64,000 bases of DNA from Callorhinchus milii (lineage: Eukaryota): contig NW_024704743.1 in the NCBI RefSeq assembly GCF_018977255.1, positions 84,880,001 through 84,944,000 of the forward strand. Direction: 5' to 3'. A program made the position numbers and the translations under genes. This document shows positions 25,124 through 38,526 of this stretch, piece by piece; position 1 is the first letter of the stretch; every line of letters starts with the position of its first letter. Below the pieces are notes generated by a model. It did no database searches and was not told the origin of the DNA. It saw only the letters and a program-made list of their open reading frames with translations.

Positions 25124-26477
25124 CACCATGCTTAAAAGTATCCAAACCATACTGAGAGTTCCATGCATCCCACCTACACATGGAAATTCCAGAGATATTT
25201 GTTGGAATGGAATGTGTACTCTCTCCATTAAGGGACACATCCTGTTTAACTAATTCCAGAGAGTATTAGGCACAGATTGGCAACAGCCAAGGTTTGGGAA
25301 GCCCAAAGTGTGCGTTGAGGAACTCACGAAGTCTAACCAACTAAAAACGTATATCTTGCCATTGAGGGCACTGCCTGGCAAGCTTTCCTGCTGCTTGTCC
25401 AGCTAGGACCACCTTACCTATTAGGGCTTTGGCTTGCAGGGTTAATAGGACCTGAGTGGAAAGAGTCCCTGCCCCCAATTACTACTCTGCCCTTCCCAGT
25501 CCTGCCAGGACTATCATCAGGCAGGTCTGCAGTGCCTTACTCTTATGGCTTTTTGTAGAACATTGCCGTGTGCAAGTTAGTTTTTGTGTCAATTCACTTT
25601 ACAGCATATTCTGTGAAGCGCTTTACGACGTCTAGAAGATGTGAAAAGCGCTATATCAAATGCAAGGATTATTATTATTGTTATTATGTTCATCCATATG
25701 TTCAATACATATGTATACAACTGTACAGTACATTCTGTGAAGCGCTTTAAGACATCTCAATGCTGTGCTATAATGTAAGGATTATTATTATTACAACAGC
25801 AACAACATGTTGTTTATTATTATTATTAAGGCTGCTTGTGATTTCTTTGGGGTGGTAATGGCTATCTTATTTCCCTGCAAAAACAGTCATTTGACTTGAT
25901 GTGTAATTATTTGAGAAAGGGGCTATAAAAATGAAAGTATTTTCTCCTAAAATTTCTTAGGTTTGAAATTAACTTGAACAAAGGTAGAAGAACTTGTGTT
26001 CCTTTTCTATTAAATGTTTCAATACAGTACAGAGGAGGATAAAATAGTACCTCCATGACTGATAGCACACTTTACATGTTGTGGAGTTTGTCAACCACAT
26101 GAAATGCAAGAATGGAAAGAGAAGGTATTGTAAAGATGCTCATGGATCTTTCCTGACAGTCTCGGGTTGCTGGAATAGGTCTTTGTGTGAGTTTAATAAA
26201 TAACTCACAAATTACTGTGTAGGTAGAAGAGGATGATTATTATTGAGATAAGAATATCAGTGCTTGTTAACTTCACAAAATGTAAGCAACCTATCCAATC
26301 TATAAATACATAATTACAAGATGTTTGTTATGAATTACATGCTTTTTTGTCTCAGAATACAAACAGTTGCATTAGAGAGAGTACTTATTGCAATTAGTGG
26401 CCTGTTAGTAGTATAAAAATAACCTAAATTTGATGTTAATGCTGCACATCCAGTTAAACTGCCAGTGTGTCAGCCTG

Positions 26478-26880
26478 GTGCAGTGGTCACATTCTCGACT
26501 CTGAGTCAGAAGATTTTGGATTCAAATGTCATGTCGGGACTTGGAAACACTCCAATGCAATCCTGGGGAGGTGGGGATTGCATTTTCGAGATGTGCCGTC
26601 CTGCGGAATCATTAAACCGACGTCCTGCCTGCCTGTTCAGATGGATGTTAAGATCCCATGACTATTCAAAAAGAGAAGGGAGTTTCTCCTGTGTCCTGGC
26701 CAACAATCCCCCAAATAAAATTGATCATTTACTTCATGGCTGTTGTGGGACATTGCTGTGTGCAACTGGCTTCTGCATTTCATCCACAAAATACACAGTC
26801 AATCCATTTTAGTATATTTGTTTTGAGACATCTCAACAGCATAAGACATTATATCAAATGCAAGTATTATAATTATTATT
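26478..26880 (+). mobile_element. Ancient DeuSINE-like element just upstream of exon 2
   Basis: Same head and Deu-like core (GATGTTAAGATCCCATGACTATTC..GTGTCCTGGCCAAC). Confidence 0.72.
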
Positions 26881-26954
26881 AAGCAAAATGTGAATCATAA
26901 CTTCTTTCAAATAAGATATTTCATTTTTTTAAAATCATTTTCATTTTTTCACAG

Positions 26955-28079
26955 AAGCCTACAATTTTGCTTCTCCAAATGTTACAGTCATTCCATCACC
27001 TGGGATGGTAAATCCCTCTATACCAACTGCCTGCCATGGGCTGCAGTCAAGTCCAGTGATTTCTGTACTACCAGCAACAAATCAAATGATGGGATATGGA
27101 GGGAGCATTGATACTGGAGCTTCAACCTACTACTTGTCTCCAAACATAAGACCAAACGGTATCCCAACCCTAGAGAGTCCAAGAATAGAAATTACTCCTT
27201 ATATAGGAATACACCCTGGTATTAATCAATTTGCAAGTGAAGCTGAGACAGATGGAGATGAGAATGGCCCGAGTTCTAAGCGTTCAAATTCAATAGTTAC
27301 CCTGTGTCTACCAAATGCAGATGCCTATAGAGACCCCTCTTGCTTAAGTCCAGCAAGTAGTTTGTCTTCTCGAAGCTGCCATTCAGAAGCATCTGAGTCC
27401 AGTTATTCCTATCTTTACGATACATCTCCACAGACCTCTCCTTTGCAGTCTCCATGCGTCTCCCCTAAAGGCACTGTCCTTGAGGAAAGCTACCCTCGTG
27501 GGCAAGCTTCATGCACCCTATGGAACTCACCAAGACATTCACCTGGGACTTCTCCTCGAACAAGTATCACTGAGGAGAATTGGCTAAGCCCACGACCAAC
27601 TTCGAGGCCTTCATCAAGGCCACAATCTCCATGTGGCAAAAGGAGATATTCATTCAATGGTGGGTACTATCGACAGCCTTCCAACTCCCCACATCATTCT
27701 CGAACCCCGTCACCGCAGGCCTCTCCTCGGGTAAGTGTAACCGAGGAAACATGGTTGAGGAGTGGGAACCAGTACACAAATTCTGCTATCCTTGAAGCGA
27801 TCACTGCACTCACCACTGACACAAGCATGGATATCAATGAAAGCATTCCTGTCAAGTCAAGGAGGACTCTGCAAGACCAAACCGGCTCCATGTCTCTCAA
27901 GCCTGAGCCAAGTAATGATGAGCAGAGAGCTTATTCTCCATCTACAGATCTACCACAAGAAGAATTTTGTGGGTCTCGCCATCCTTTCAAGAAAGAAACT
28001 TTTGTGATCAGTATTTATCGGTACCTCATCCATATATTTGGGCTAAACCAAAACCTGCGTCTCCAACATCCTATGCCAG
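26955..28079 (+). CDS. NFATC1: NFATC1 exon 2, NFAT regulatory domain (apparent 1-nt frameshift near 28000)
   Basis: Acceptor ttttttcacag|AAGCC. Contains PRIEIT calcineurin docking (27179-27196), the serine-rich region SPASSLSSRS, SP repeats and the KRR NLS (27638-27646). CDQYLSVPHPYIWAKPKPASPTSYA lies in the shifted frame from 28003. Donor CCAG|gtatga at 28080. Confidence 0.95.
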
Positions 28080-28129
28080 GTATGAATATTGTAAATGTTA
28101 CTGTCAAATATATAAAGTGTATCGATAAC

Positions 28130-28450
28130 TTCCTCAATGGTTCAGTCAGTAAGCGCTAGTATTGGGAAGTTGTAGTCTGTGCTGTTACAGATCTCAGTTG
28201 TAGTCTGTTCTGTTACTAATCTCAGTTGGGGTACCAGGTAGGATGCTACAGTTGTCTTCAGGACTTCTGGATTAGGGATTGGAAAATCAAGTAGACTTCC
28301 TGTTCCTAATCACTATCACAAGACCCCAGCTGGAAATTGTTTATGTTCAGTATGGACTTCTCATGAGGATCATGTTTGGCAATGATCTGTGGTCGAATAG
28401 TCTGTTGCCATGACTCAGGGTGTGACCTCTGGGGAGAGAAGAGAGAAGGT
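28130..28450 (+). repeat. Unclassified ancient SINE-like repeat (related copies ~8690-8880, ~54760-55050)
   Basis: Shared GCTACA.TTG.C.TC, TAGGG..GGAAAA, CCTGATC.CTA and CTGCTGGA blocks. Confidence 0.45.
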
Positions 28451-29646
28451 TAGCTAGGAAGATCTTTGTGTGTGGAAATAAAGACAACAAACTCCCTTTA
28501 CCAGTGTCAATCTTCTTTTATTTTTTGGTAGAATTATAGAGCTCAGGGTGCTGTTTCTAAATATAACAGTTTCCTGAAATTGGCTCCAATACAAATGTTT
28601 TATACTGCGTCAATGGCATTAACTAAATTCCTGGTTTTGGGAGTTGTGGGGTGGGGAGGGGGGGCAGCAATTATCTTCACAAACATCACATTCCCATTCA
28701 TTTATGGGTTAGTGTTAAAGTTGCTGTCCGTTCTCAATAATTGTCTTGATTCCTATCCTAGCCATTTAAAATGACGCAGATGTCTACATCTGTTATTGTG
28801 TTGTGCTGCATATCTCTTATCACTTTTCAGTGCTTCATTTTTATTTTCTGCAAGAAAATCAAGCACTTTGGGAATTTCCAGATTTTATTTTGCGACGATT
28901 ATTGCTCACTTATTTGCTTAGCCTTTTTTTATTACTTATAATAATCATTTATAAATACAGTATTTTCCTTAGGTTACACAAATATTTGTACACTTTTGAT
29001 GGTGTAATTGTAGAGCAGATGAAAGAAAATATTCCACACCACAGCTGACACAATATCCATGTGCAGCCAAAAGTCTCACTGAAGCAAGTCTTGCGAGATA
29101 TCAGAAATTCACAAGATTTCATAAAATCACTTGGATTGTCAAATCTGTCAGCCTTTGTGTGAAACTGATCAAAACAGATAGAAAATTTGTCAGGCGCTGC
29201 TTTTATATCCAATTTTTGACAGGTAGTTCACAAAATTACTTTTTTAAGTGTGATCATAATAATATTAGATTTGAAAGGATTATGTGTGTTCATTTTGCTC
29301 AAGACCATGAGAAACAAAATCTGGTTTAGTCTCTCAAATCATACGAACTGTGCAAGTAAGTGAGAACTTCATTTTACAATTACAAAGGGAACAAGTGTTT
29401 TGCATTTCTCTTACTGTTTTTAACAGTTTCAAAAACAATGTTAGAAGAAAATTCCTATGAACAATTGTAGCAGTCTTTGTGGTCTTTGTGGTCAGAGGTG
29501 AAAACATTTAAGAAGATTCTAACCAAGAGACTGGATGCAGTCAGCAAAGGGATGAGTTTTCATAGGCCAAATGCCCTTTTATCATCCTTGACTTTGATCT
29601 TAATCATCTTATGAGTTTAAAATTTAATGTATTTCCATGTCCTCAG

Positions 29647-29806
29647 CCCTTCTTTTCCTGCCCTTGACTGGCAGTTACCATCGCACTCCGGACCTTATGA
29701 ACTCCAGATTGAACTGCAACCGAAATCTCATCACAGAGCACATTATGAGACTGAGGGCAGTCGTGGAGCTGTAAAAGCAACTGGTGGAGGACATCCCATT
29801 GTGCAG
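29647..29806 (+). CDS. NFATC1: NFATC1 exon 3, start of Rel-homology DNA-binding domain
   Basis: ctcag|C CCT... encodes [53 protein letters not shown]|gtttga. Length 160 nt; carries the RAHYETEG signature. Confidence 0.97.
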
Positions 29807-30579
29807 GTTTGAAAATTATATAAGCACAAGAACAATCTTGTTTTCATTTTGATTTTGACAGGCTCGACTCTTTACTGTGATTTTTTTTGTTGGATTTAAA
29901 AAGTACAATGGAATTAAGTGTTTGTGGAACTTTCATGCTGCACTGAGGAGGTGAAGTATTGATATAGTTTATAGCAATTGTGTGAGTGGGGAAACTGTGT
30001 TCATATTTCACTCTTGTATTGCTGTGTGTACACTCAAACACGCACATGAAGCTCAAGTCACTGCCCTCTGACTATTGGGAAGAGATCTAACAGAATATCA
30101 CAAATGACTTGCGTCTGACACCACAGGATAATGTTTCTTTTAAAAAAGGAAACCCTGCAAATAGGCAGCATGGCAATCAACATCTGAAACACATTAACAA
30201 TTGTGGCATGACCTTTTGTCAAACTTAGGCCACCAGAGTTTGGTATTTAATATTTCATATTTAGATCTTTATGCAGGTTCATGCTGCTGCTTTTGTACTG
30301 CAGCTACCAGAGTTGAAAAAAACACTTATCAGGAAAATAACAGTGTAAATGGCAACTTGCAAACGAAAAAGGATAGTGGGATGTAAAGTGGATGTCCTCC
30401 AAGGAACCCCTTGTACTGACCAGGAACTCGGCTTTGATGATATCTCCATTCAGAGACAAGATCGCATCTTGAGTTGAATTGACGCAAGTTAGATTTCCTG
30501 GAAGAGATGCATCTTACATCTTAAGTGGTATGAAATGCCATTTGCACTGCCATTTTCCCAACAAGCACTTTTTCAATAA

Positions 30580-30680
30580 TAAAAACAGAAGGCGCTGTGA
30601 ACACACTGTAGGTCAGGCAGCATCTATGGAGAGAGGAAAGTGCTTTAATGTTTCAGGTCAATGACCTTTTATCAGAACTT
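30580..30680. mobile_element. Penelope-like element terminal fragment
   Basis: AAAACAGAAG..GGTCAGGCAGCATCTATGGAGAGAG..GTTTCAGGTCAATGACCTTTTATCAGAACT, a motif I recall from shark Penelope repeats. It contains a hammerhead-like core on the minus strand. Confidence 0.6.
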
Positions 30681-32794
30681 TTTCAACCCCACATCTGGTA
30701 CATCACTACATGGTGATTTTGCTACTGTTTCAGATTTCAGCATTGATAAGCATTCATGAATAAGCAACAGAATATCACAAATGACTAGTATCTGTTTTTC
30801 TATCAGCTTAATTGCATGTGATATCAGTTTGATAGCATATCAGGATGTGACTCTGACAAAAACTTTACTGTACAACAACAACAAGATTCCATTTATAGAG
30901 CGCCTTTCACGTCGGGAGGACGTCCCAAGGCGCTGGACAGTTGGGTCAGGACCCGAGCAGGGGGGAAATGGTCAGGGTGAGGGGAGGGAAGGGAGGGAGC
31001 GAGGAGGGGGTAGAGAGTCGAGAGGGGAGCTGAAGGCACGTAATGGCAATAGTACACTCTCAGACAATAGTGTCTCTCAAGCTGTATTTTGCTCATTTTG
31101 TCAACCCATTCCTCTGCCTAAAATCTGCTAATCATTTAATTTAATGGATTAATTAGATCATCTTTTATTTAACTTGTTTGTTTGTCTTCAGTTTGATCTC
31201 TTTCAGGCAACAAATGTTGCACTAAATGTAACACTATAGAAATGTTGCACTAGACTGATGTCTTCTTACGAAAACATTTGCTAAAAATAATTGGTATCTG
31301 ATGCTGAATTCATAAAGATGAGTGAAAGTTATATTTCAAAACCATTCAGCCTTTTAGATTTACATTTTTGACTCAAACTGAGTTTGACATTTCTGACTGG
31401 TTAATAGACTTTTCGGTTTACTACAGGAAGCAGATGCTTGCTGATTAAAGAATTTAAAATGTCCTTGTTAGTCTAGGCATTTTAAGCATTATGTGCATTA
31501 TGTGCATGATGAAAGCAGCAATGGGTATTTTATTGTTATGACATCAGTGTGAACATCTATAAATGCCAAATATTGTTTGTTCTGTTATTGACTTGCAAGC
31601 AAACTTATTATACTGAATTACTTGTCGGAAAGCAATTGCCCACAAAATTTGCTCCCATCACTAATCACTAGGCACTTATTCAAAGAGAGGTCAGTGGGTT
31701 CACTCCCAATAAAACATTTAATGGCTCACCATTGTAACCCTTTCAATGCTAAATTAAACCTGTTGTACGAACAACTATATTGACAAGTGGTACAAGTAAG
31801 ACTGGTTAGATGACGCTAATCAGTGAGAATTTCTTAAATTTAGTCTTAATTTGGACGATCGTTCTTTTTCAGAACAGTGGAAAACCAGCACCCAAATTAA
31901 GGCTGAATTTAAGAACTTTTCACATATCTGGACAATTATACATTTTAAACAAAATGGCTGAGACTAGGTGGAACTTCTCGCCCCTAAAGCTTTATGGCCT
32001 CCAGAAATCATAGCAAACTTCCGCATTACTCTCCGAATTGAATATGGCAATGGTGGGTTATCAGACCAAAGTTGAACTGTCTGAGGTTGAGAATTAGTGT
32101 TTCCATACCTGAAATTACTATTTTTTCTAGTTATGTTAGGACTACTCACTCTCTAACATTCAAAACTGTAATCTACCTCAGGCAAATAAATTGTTACATA
32201 TCATATGCCCAACTTTGGCACTATTACTCTGCATTCAGTTGACAGTAATAATAATCCTTGCATTTGATATAGCGCCTTATCATGTCTTCGAGACGTCCCA
32301 AAGCGCTTCACAGAATATATTGTAAAGTGAATTGACTGTATATTTTGCCAATTGTGCACATCAGGCATGGTTCCTGGAGGGTAAATTATCCTAGATCAGT
32401 TGCTTCTACCACAAGGTGTCTCATCTTGAAGATTGACCTGAAACTGTCAGAACTCATCACCTTTGTGCCCACAGATTTGAACATTGTGCATCACATGGAC
32501 ACAAACTCCCAGATCAAAAGTTGTAAAATGAACAGCTTAAAGAAAAACTCCAGACCTGAACATTCATTACTTATATTGCTTTGATGTGTTTATTTTGCTG
32601 CCTTTAACTTTTTGGTAGCCAAAAATTTCCCATTGATCCAGTGCCCCCATCTTTCCACAGAATCAGTTATGGGTTAAATACTCCCATTGAATTAATATGG
32701 GTAAGAAGAATAACCCACATTCTTCTTCTAGTTTCTATTTTCAGCGCAATTATTTGAATCCTAATGTTTCAATATAAATGTAGCATAATTAAAT

Positions 32795-33165
32795 GACAAC
32801 AACAGCTCGCATTTTATATAATGTCCTTCATGCGGGGTAGTGTCTCCCGGCGCTTAACAGTGATGGAGCTTGACACTGGGCTAGGGAGAGGGCAAGTGAC
32901 CATAGGCACAATTGGAGATAAAGGTCTTCAGGTGTTATCTGAAGATGGGCAAAGAAGGGGCAAGATGAAGGGATTGAGGCAGAGAGTTCTATAGTTTCGG
33001 GGCGTAGTGGCTGAGGGCATAGCTGCCGATGGTGGGACGTGCAGGAGGTCAGAGTATACTGATCAAAGGTGGATAATGGAGTGGGATGTAAGCAGGTTGA
33101 AGAGGTAGGGAGCGCCAGGGCATGAAGTGATTTGTACGTCAGTATGAAGATCTTGAAATCAATCA
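32795..33165 (-). mobile_element. L2 LINE 3' fragment
   Basis: IDFKIFILTYKSLHALA plus an L2-type tail. Confidence 0.8.
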
Positions 33166-34756
33166 ATAAATCTATTAGTCTTAGACTTTTCATGGCTTCA
33201 TTCCTCCATCACAATTTTCTTTTCTCCTCTGCTGGTATTGGTCACTGAATACATGCAATGTATCTCCAGTGAATAGGCGCAAAAAACCCACAGGAATTTA
33301 AGCCATACCCAAATTACCGTCGGCCATCTTAGTTTACAAAATTTAATGTTCAGCACGGAATTTCAAACCTCCCTCCTCGATGTGGTTGTAAATTATACCT
33401 TTGAAATATCTGCAACATATAGAGGTTAGGAGAATTTTTTTAAATACAGAGGGTGGTTTCCTTTTGACCGTTGCTCGACAACTATCTACTAAAGTGGGGT
33501 TTTTGGAAAAAAAAGTGATTCTGACAGATATTTTCTTGTAACCTTGTGGTCTACCGAAGTATAATAGTGATGTTATGCAGCTGCTGGGAACCATATCACT
33601 GCACATGTCATTAAGAAATAACCTCTTCAACAGCAGGAAATACCATAGCGCTAGGAAGCCATGTGATCAACTCCTGTTCAAGACCTGCAATATTGATATT
33701 TTTCGTCAGCAGTTTGCAGCTCATGTAGCTGTAAGCAAGGAATTAGAAGCTGGCTTCCTGTCAGCTGTCACTTGAGGTTTACATTTTTTTAGAAGTTTGT
33801 GGAGCTTTTTATAAGTTGAGGAGCAGCTAATAATTTGTTACACAAAAATTGCACTGCAAAGTAATGTGTTCTTGCATGTTGAAATAAAGACTGTGCCGTC
33901 CTTGTTGATGGGACTTCTTACACCCACGCAAGTGCTGAACACAATCTGACACTTTCACCAAAATGTGAAATGCAAGTTTTATTTGAAAAGCACAAACATT
34001 TTCACTGGATTAGGTAAAATCTTTTATTTTATAAAGCCAAGAAATTAGGTCACTACAGTATTTGAAAGCTGAAGGATATTGTAAATTTTAAGACCAATGA
34101 CAATATTATGTTTGTGTCTTTGCCTCTGTCGGTTCTTTATGCGTCTGTTTTCTTTCTTTCTCTCTGGTATTTGATCTGGTATTTGCTTTTTATTACTCTG
34201 TTATCTAACCTTTTTTTCATGTTTTTAATTTTAATTTTCTCTTTATATTTCTTACTTTTGTTTTGATTCTTTCGATCTTTCTCTGTCACAGTTTGTCGCT
34301 CTTACGGTGACATAGTTTGTTTCAACTATGTCTTGAGTTTCATAAATTGAGACACTGTGTGTTATCAGAATATTATAATCCAACAATATTTTTAGCAAAT
34401 ATGGATGGCAACGATAATGTACATTTACTTGGCCCATTTAGGGTTGAGTGGACCTCTCAAAGCACTTCACTCAACTGACTGGGCTGGGTGGGTGGGAGAG
34501 AGCTGAGAAGGAGTGAGGGGTGGGGGGTGGGGGTCGGTGCGTGGAGAAAAGTAGCAAAATTGCAGTTGAGTAGATATGTCTTACGAATGCCAATTTTAAC
34601 AGTGAATCCTTTCAAGCCTCATGAATAGATATGCCTAATATCTCTATACTATTTGCAGCCTTTGATATAGGTTTGTGAACATTTAGAACATGTGTATGAC
34701 CTGTAGACAAGTTGGCAGGATTCCAAGAAAAAGACAATGGGCTTTTCCAATATGTG

Positions 34757-34931
34757 TGTTGGATATTAATTAATAAGTAAGGACCAATTGACTAGGACCA
34801 ATGGAAGGAGATCAGGAGTGAGAGGAAGCAGGGAGAACTGAATAGAGGGTGTTTGGTGTGACTGCTGGATTGTGTAATTGGAGACCTAAAATAAAAGAAT
34901 GTTCTACATATTGTTTGTTGAGAACGTGACA
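34757..34931 (+). repeat. 5' LTR of Gypsy element
   Basis: TGTTGGATA...GGAGACCTAAAATAAAAGA...GTGACA; direct repeat of 38527-38696. Confidence 0.92.
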
Positions 34932-35039
34932 TGATGTCATAAGTAAAACTGAACGGATTTTGCAAAGACTACGAGATTAAAAAGGGAAGAGAACAAAAGA
35001 CAAAATAAGGGTTGGAGCAGCAGAGCCGGGTGTAGAGAC

Positions 35040-35720
35040 AAGATATCTGCAAATACCGCGACCATTGAGGCTAGAAGATAACTTAAGACATAATTGGCAA
35101 AGATTTGAACGGGATTTTGAGATATCTGTGCTAGCCTCAAATGTGAAGGAATTGCCACAAATACAACAGTCAGCTATTTTCCTAAATGTGGCAGGAGAAG
35201 AAACGGAGAAAGATATGTACATGCCATTAGATAATAATAATAATCCTTGCATTTGATATAGCGCTTTTCACGTCTTCTAGACATCTCAAAGCGCTTCACA
35301 GAATATACTGTAAAATGAATTGACTGCATATTATGGGGGCGAAATAATAATCCTTGCATTTGATATAGCGCTTTTCACATCTTCTAGATGTCTCAAAGTG
35401 TCTAGATGAGATGATAAATGTCATGCGGGAAAGATGCTTGGATATAACAATGTCACAGCAGTTAGATATAAATTTGGAATAAGGAAGCAAGCACCTACAG
35501 AATCATTTCATCAATACTGTGCGGCGTTATGATCATTAAGTAAAACATGTAATTATGGAGCTTTAAGAGAAGAGATGATCAGAGACCAAATTGTGATAGG
35601 ATTGAAAGATAATAAAATATGCAAGAAACTCTTGAAACAGGAGATTTTAATGCTCCAAAAAGCTCTGCAAATCATGGGTATAGAAATAATGTCCAAAGCA
35701 CACATGAAGGACATTGATAG
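35040..35720 (+). pseudogene. Gypsy gag remnant interrupted by SINE tails
   Basis: NWQRFERDFEI...AIFLNVAGEE and EMIRDQIVIGLKD. Two antisense SINE tails are inserted at ~35232-35405. Confidence 0.7.
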
Positions 35721-36209
35721 ACAAGCAGAAGAAATTATGGAAATTGATTAATTAGCTCAATGAAGAAGCTGAGATGATATAGATGAGGAGTGTGGAGTCC
35801 GGAGGAGATACAAGCCTAAAAGGCAAACAAATATAAAGGAAACATGAAAAGTGTGGATTAATCCATCCTTTTTGTAGATGTTCAGCGGAAGGAAGAAAAT
35901 GTTGTGTGTGTCATCAGTATGGACGTTACTCAAGACAATGCAGAAATGGAAAAAGAGAACCCTGAAGGAGCTATGGCAGAGGAACCCAGGAGAAAAGGCG
36001 TGCGGGACAAAATGAGTACAGAAGATCAAATAAGCCACAGAGAACTAGAATAGAGCAAATAAGATCAAGGCAATATGAAATAAGGCACAATTCGGATACG
36101 GAATCTGGATTGACTGAACAAGAAGAGGAGCATAATATTGATGCAATAAAAATCATTAAGAGTATGTCTCGACCCACAACAATTGAACAAAGTTAATAAA
36201 CAGGGTATA

Positions 36210-38110
36210 CGATACCTACTTTAGAGGATATTCATGCGTTGTTGCATGGAGCCAAATTTTTCTCAACATTGGACTGTTCATCCGGGTATTGGCAGGTCAA
36301 ATTGTCAGAGGAAAGTACACGACAACATTTATAATGCCTTACGGGAGATGTTGCTTTCACAGAATGCCATTCGGCATCAAATCAGCTAAAGAGGAATTTC
36401 AGAAAAAACTATCACAACTAATAGAAGGAATACCAGAAGTCATAAACTATATTTATGATATCATAATATATGAACTAACAAGAGAAGAGCATGATAAAAG
36501 TTTGAAGCAGGTACTGAAAAATGTTTGCAGGAAAATGTAAAATTGAACAAGGAAAAATGCAGGATAGGAGTAAAGTAAAATATTTGGGACACATCATTAC
36601 CCAGGATGGGTTGAAAATTGACCCACAAGAAGTAACTGTGATCATAAAAATGCCTGCACCTACAGATAAGAAGACTGATGGGAATGGTAAATTGGGTGGC
36701 GAGATTCTTTCCCAAAATTACTGAAACCATGGAGCCTGTAAGAGAGCTTGTCAAAGAAAATAGAGAACTCACATGGGTAAAGGAACAGCAAAGAGCATTT
36801 AATAAAATAAAAGAGGCCATATCAAAAGCTCCAGTATTAAAATTTTATGATGTAAGTGCACCAATGACAATATCTGTGGATGCAAGTCAGTCAGGAATAG
36901 GAGCAGTGTTAATGCAAGGAGGAAAAATCATAGCATGTGCATCCAGGGCTCTCTCGGAAATGGGGAAAATATATGCCCAGATAGAGAAAGAGTGTTTAGC
37001 TGTCGTGTTTGGATGGAAAAGATTCAAGCAATATGTATTTGGGGAAAAAAGTGATTATAGAAAATGATCGCAAACCAATAGAGCCTATTCTGAGAAAAGG
37101 GCTCAATGAAATACCGCCAAGACTGCAAAGAATGAGAATACGGCTACAGAGATATAGCGTTGAATTTCCGTACAAACCCAGGATAACACTATATGTGGCA
37201 GACACCAATCAAAAGCCACCCGTCAAAAGGTGAATGAAGAGGACGAGCAACTAGAAAAAAAATGGAATTCCAGGTATGGGAAATAGCAAAGGCAATAAGA
37301 CAGGAGAAAGAGATTAAAGAAGTAATCGATAGAGATAGAATAAGTAAAGCAATTCAGACAATGCTGAAAAAGGGATGGTTTAGAAACAGAAGAGAGGCAC
37401 CAGAAGAGATCCAGCCATATTGGGAATACAGAAATGAAATATACCAGCAAAAAGGCATCATATATCGAGGCGAGAGAATAATCATACCAAAAGAATTAAG
37501 GAATAAAGTATTGAGAAACATATATGAAGGACATTGGGGAACAGAAAAAGCAAAAAGAGTGAGGGGGCTCGTGTTTTGGCCACGTATAAATAAGCAGGTA
37601 GAGGGTTATGTTGGAAAATGTGAAACGTGCAAGGTATCAAAACTGGGAAAGACACGAACCAATGATTGGCACAAGAAACCAAGTAAAGCCTGGACCAAAA
37701 TAGGAATTAATTTGTTTTATTATAATCCTCAAAACTACTTAATGATAAGAGACTATACATCGAGTATACAGAATTGAATGACACAAAATCGAAAACTACA
37801 GTGGGAAAAAAACAAGGAAATCTTGGTTTTGGCATACTAAAGGATAATTAGTGACAGTGGGCCCCAATTTTCAAGCAAGGAATACCAGACATTCACAAGG
37901 CAGTAGGAAATAAACCACAAAACAACTTCACTGGGGTATCCCCAAAGCAATGGTCTGGTGGAACAGGAAATACAGACTATAAAGAAAATGTGGAAGAAGA
38001 CAGACAACGCAAAGGCAGATAAGCACCTGGCAATTATAGCCTATAGGAACATGCTGAAAGACAATGAAGGACATTCACCAGCACTAATACTGATGTCAAG
38101 ATAGTTAAAA
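36210..38110 (+). pseudogene. Gypsy pol remnant (RT - RNase H - integrase), multiple frameshifts and stops
   Basis: RT: LDCSSGYWQ, TTFIMPYG..RMPFGI, with YxDD decayed to YIYD. RNase H: VDASQSGIGAVL..ASRAL..YAQIEKECLAVVFG. Integrase: GHWG..FWP..C..C, SDSGPQFSS, PQSNGLVE. Confidence 0.9.
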
Positions 38111-38526
38111 GATTTGTTAATATCGGAAGAGAAAAAATTGAGACCACAGGTACAACACAATAGAAATGGAGGGAAACCACAAAATGAACCAGGAAAGGAG
38201 AAAACTTTTACAAGAGGAGAGAGAATATGGTTCAGGAAGAAAAACCTGAAAACAGAAGGTTGGACAAAAGGAGAAATTTGGAAGAAGGATAAAAGCCCAA
38301 GATCATATTGGATTAAAAGTGATAAAGGAAAAATGTATCGAAGGACATCATGGGAAATACACCAAAGAAGGACAGAGGGAAAAAAAGAGGAGCAGAAGGA
38401 AGATCCAAGCATGCCAGAAACATTGAGAACCACCAGGTCAAGAAGAGTAGTAAAACCAACAAGGAGATTAACTGAACAAGACTGAGACACAAAGAAAAAA
38501 AATAAGAAGAACCCAAAAAGGGAAGA

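Noticed and set aside
27005..28159. 384-aa ORF as a complete single-exon gene
   Set aside because: It is NFATC1 exon 2 read from an internal ATG; its last ~50 aa come from the frameshift and intron read-through.
36210..38490. Domesticated Gypsy-derived gene
   Set aside because: Many stops and frameshifts, and the RT catalytic motif has decayed.
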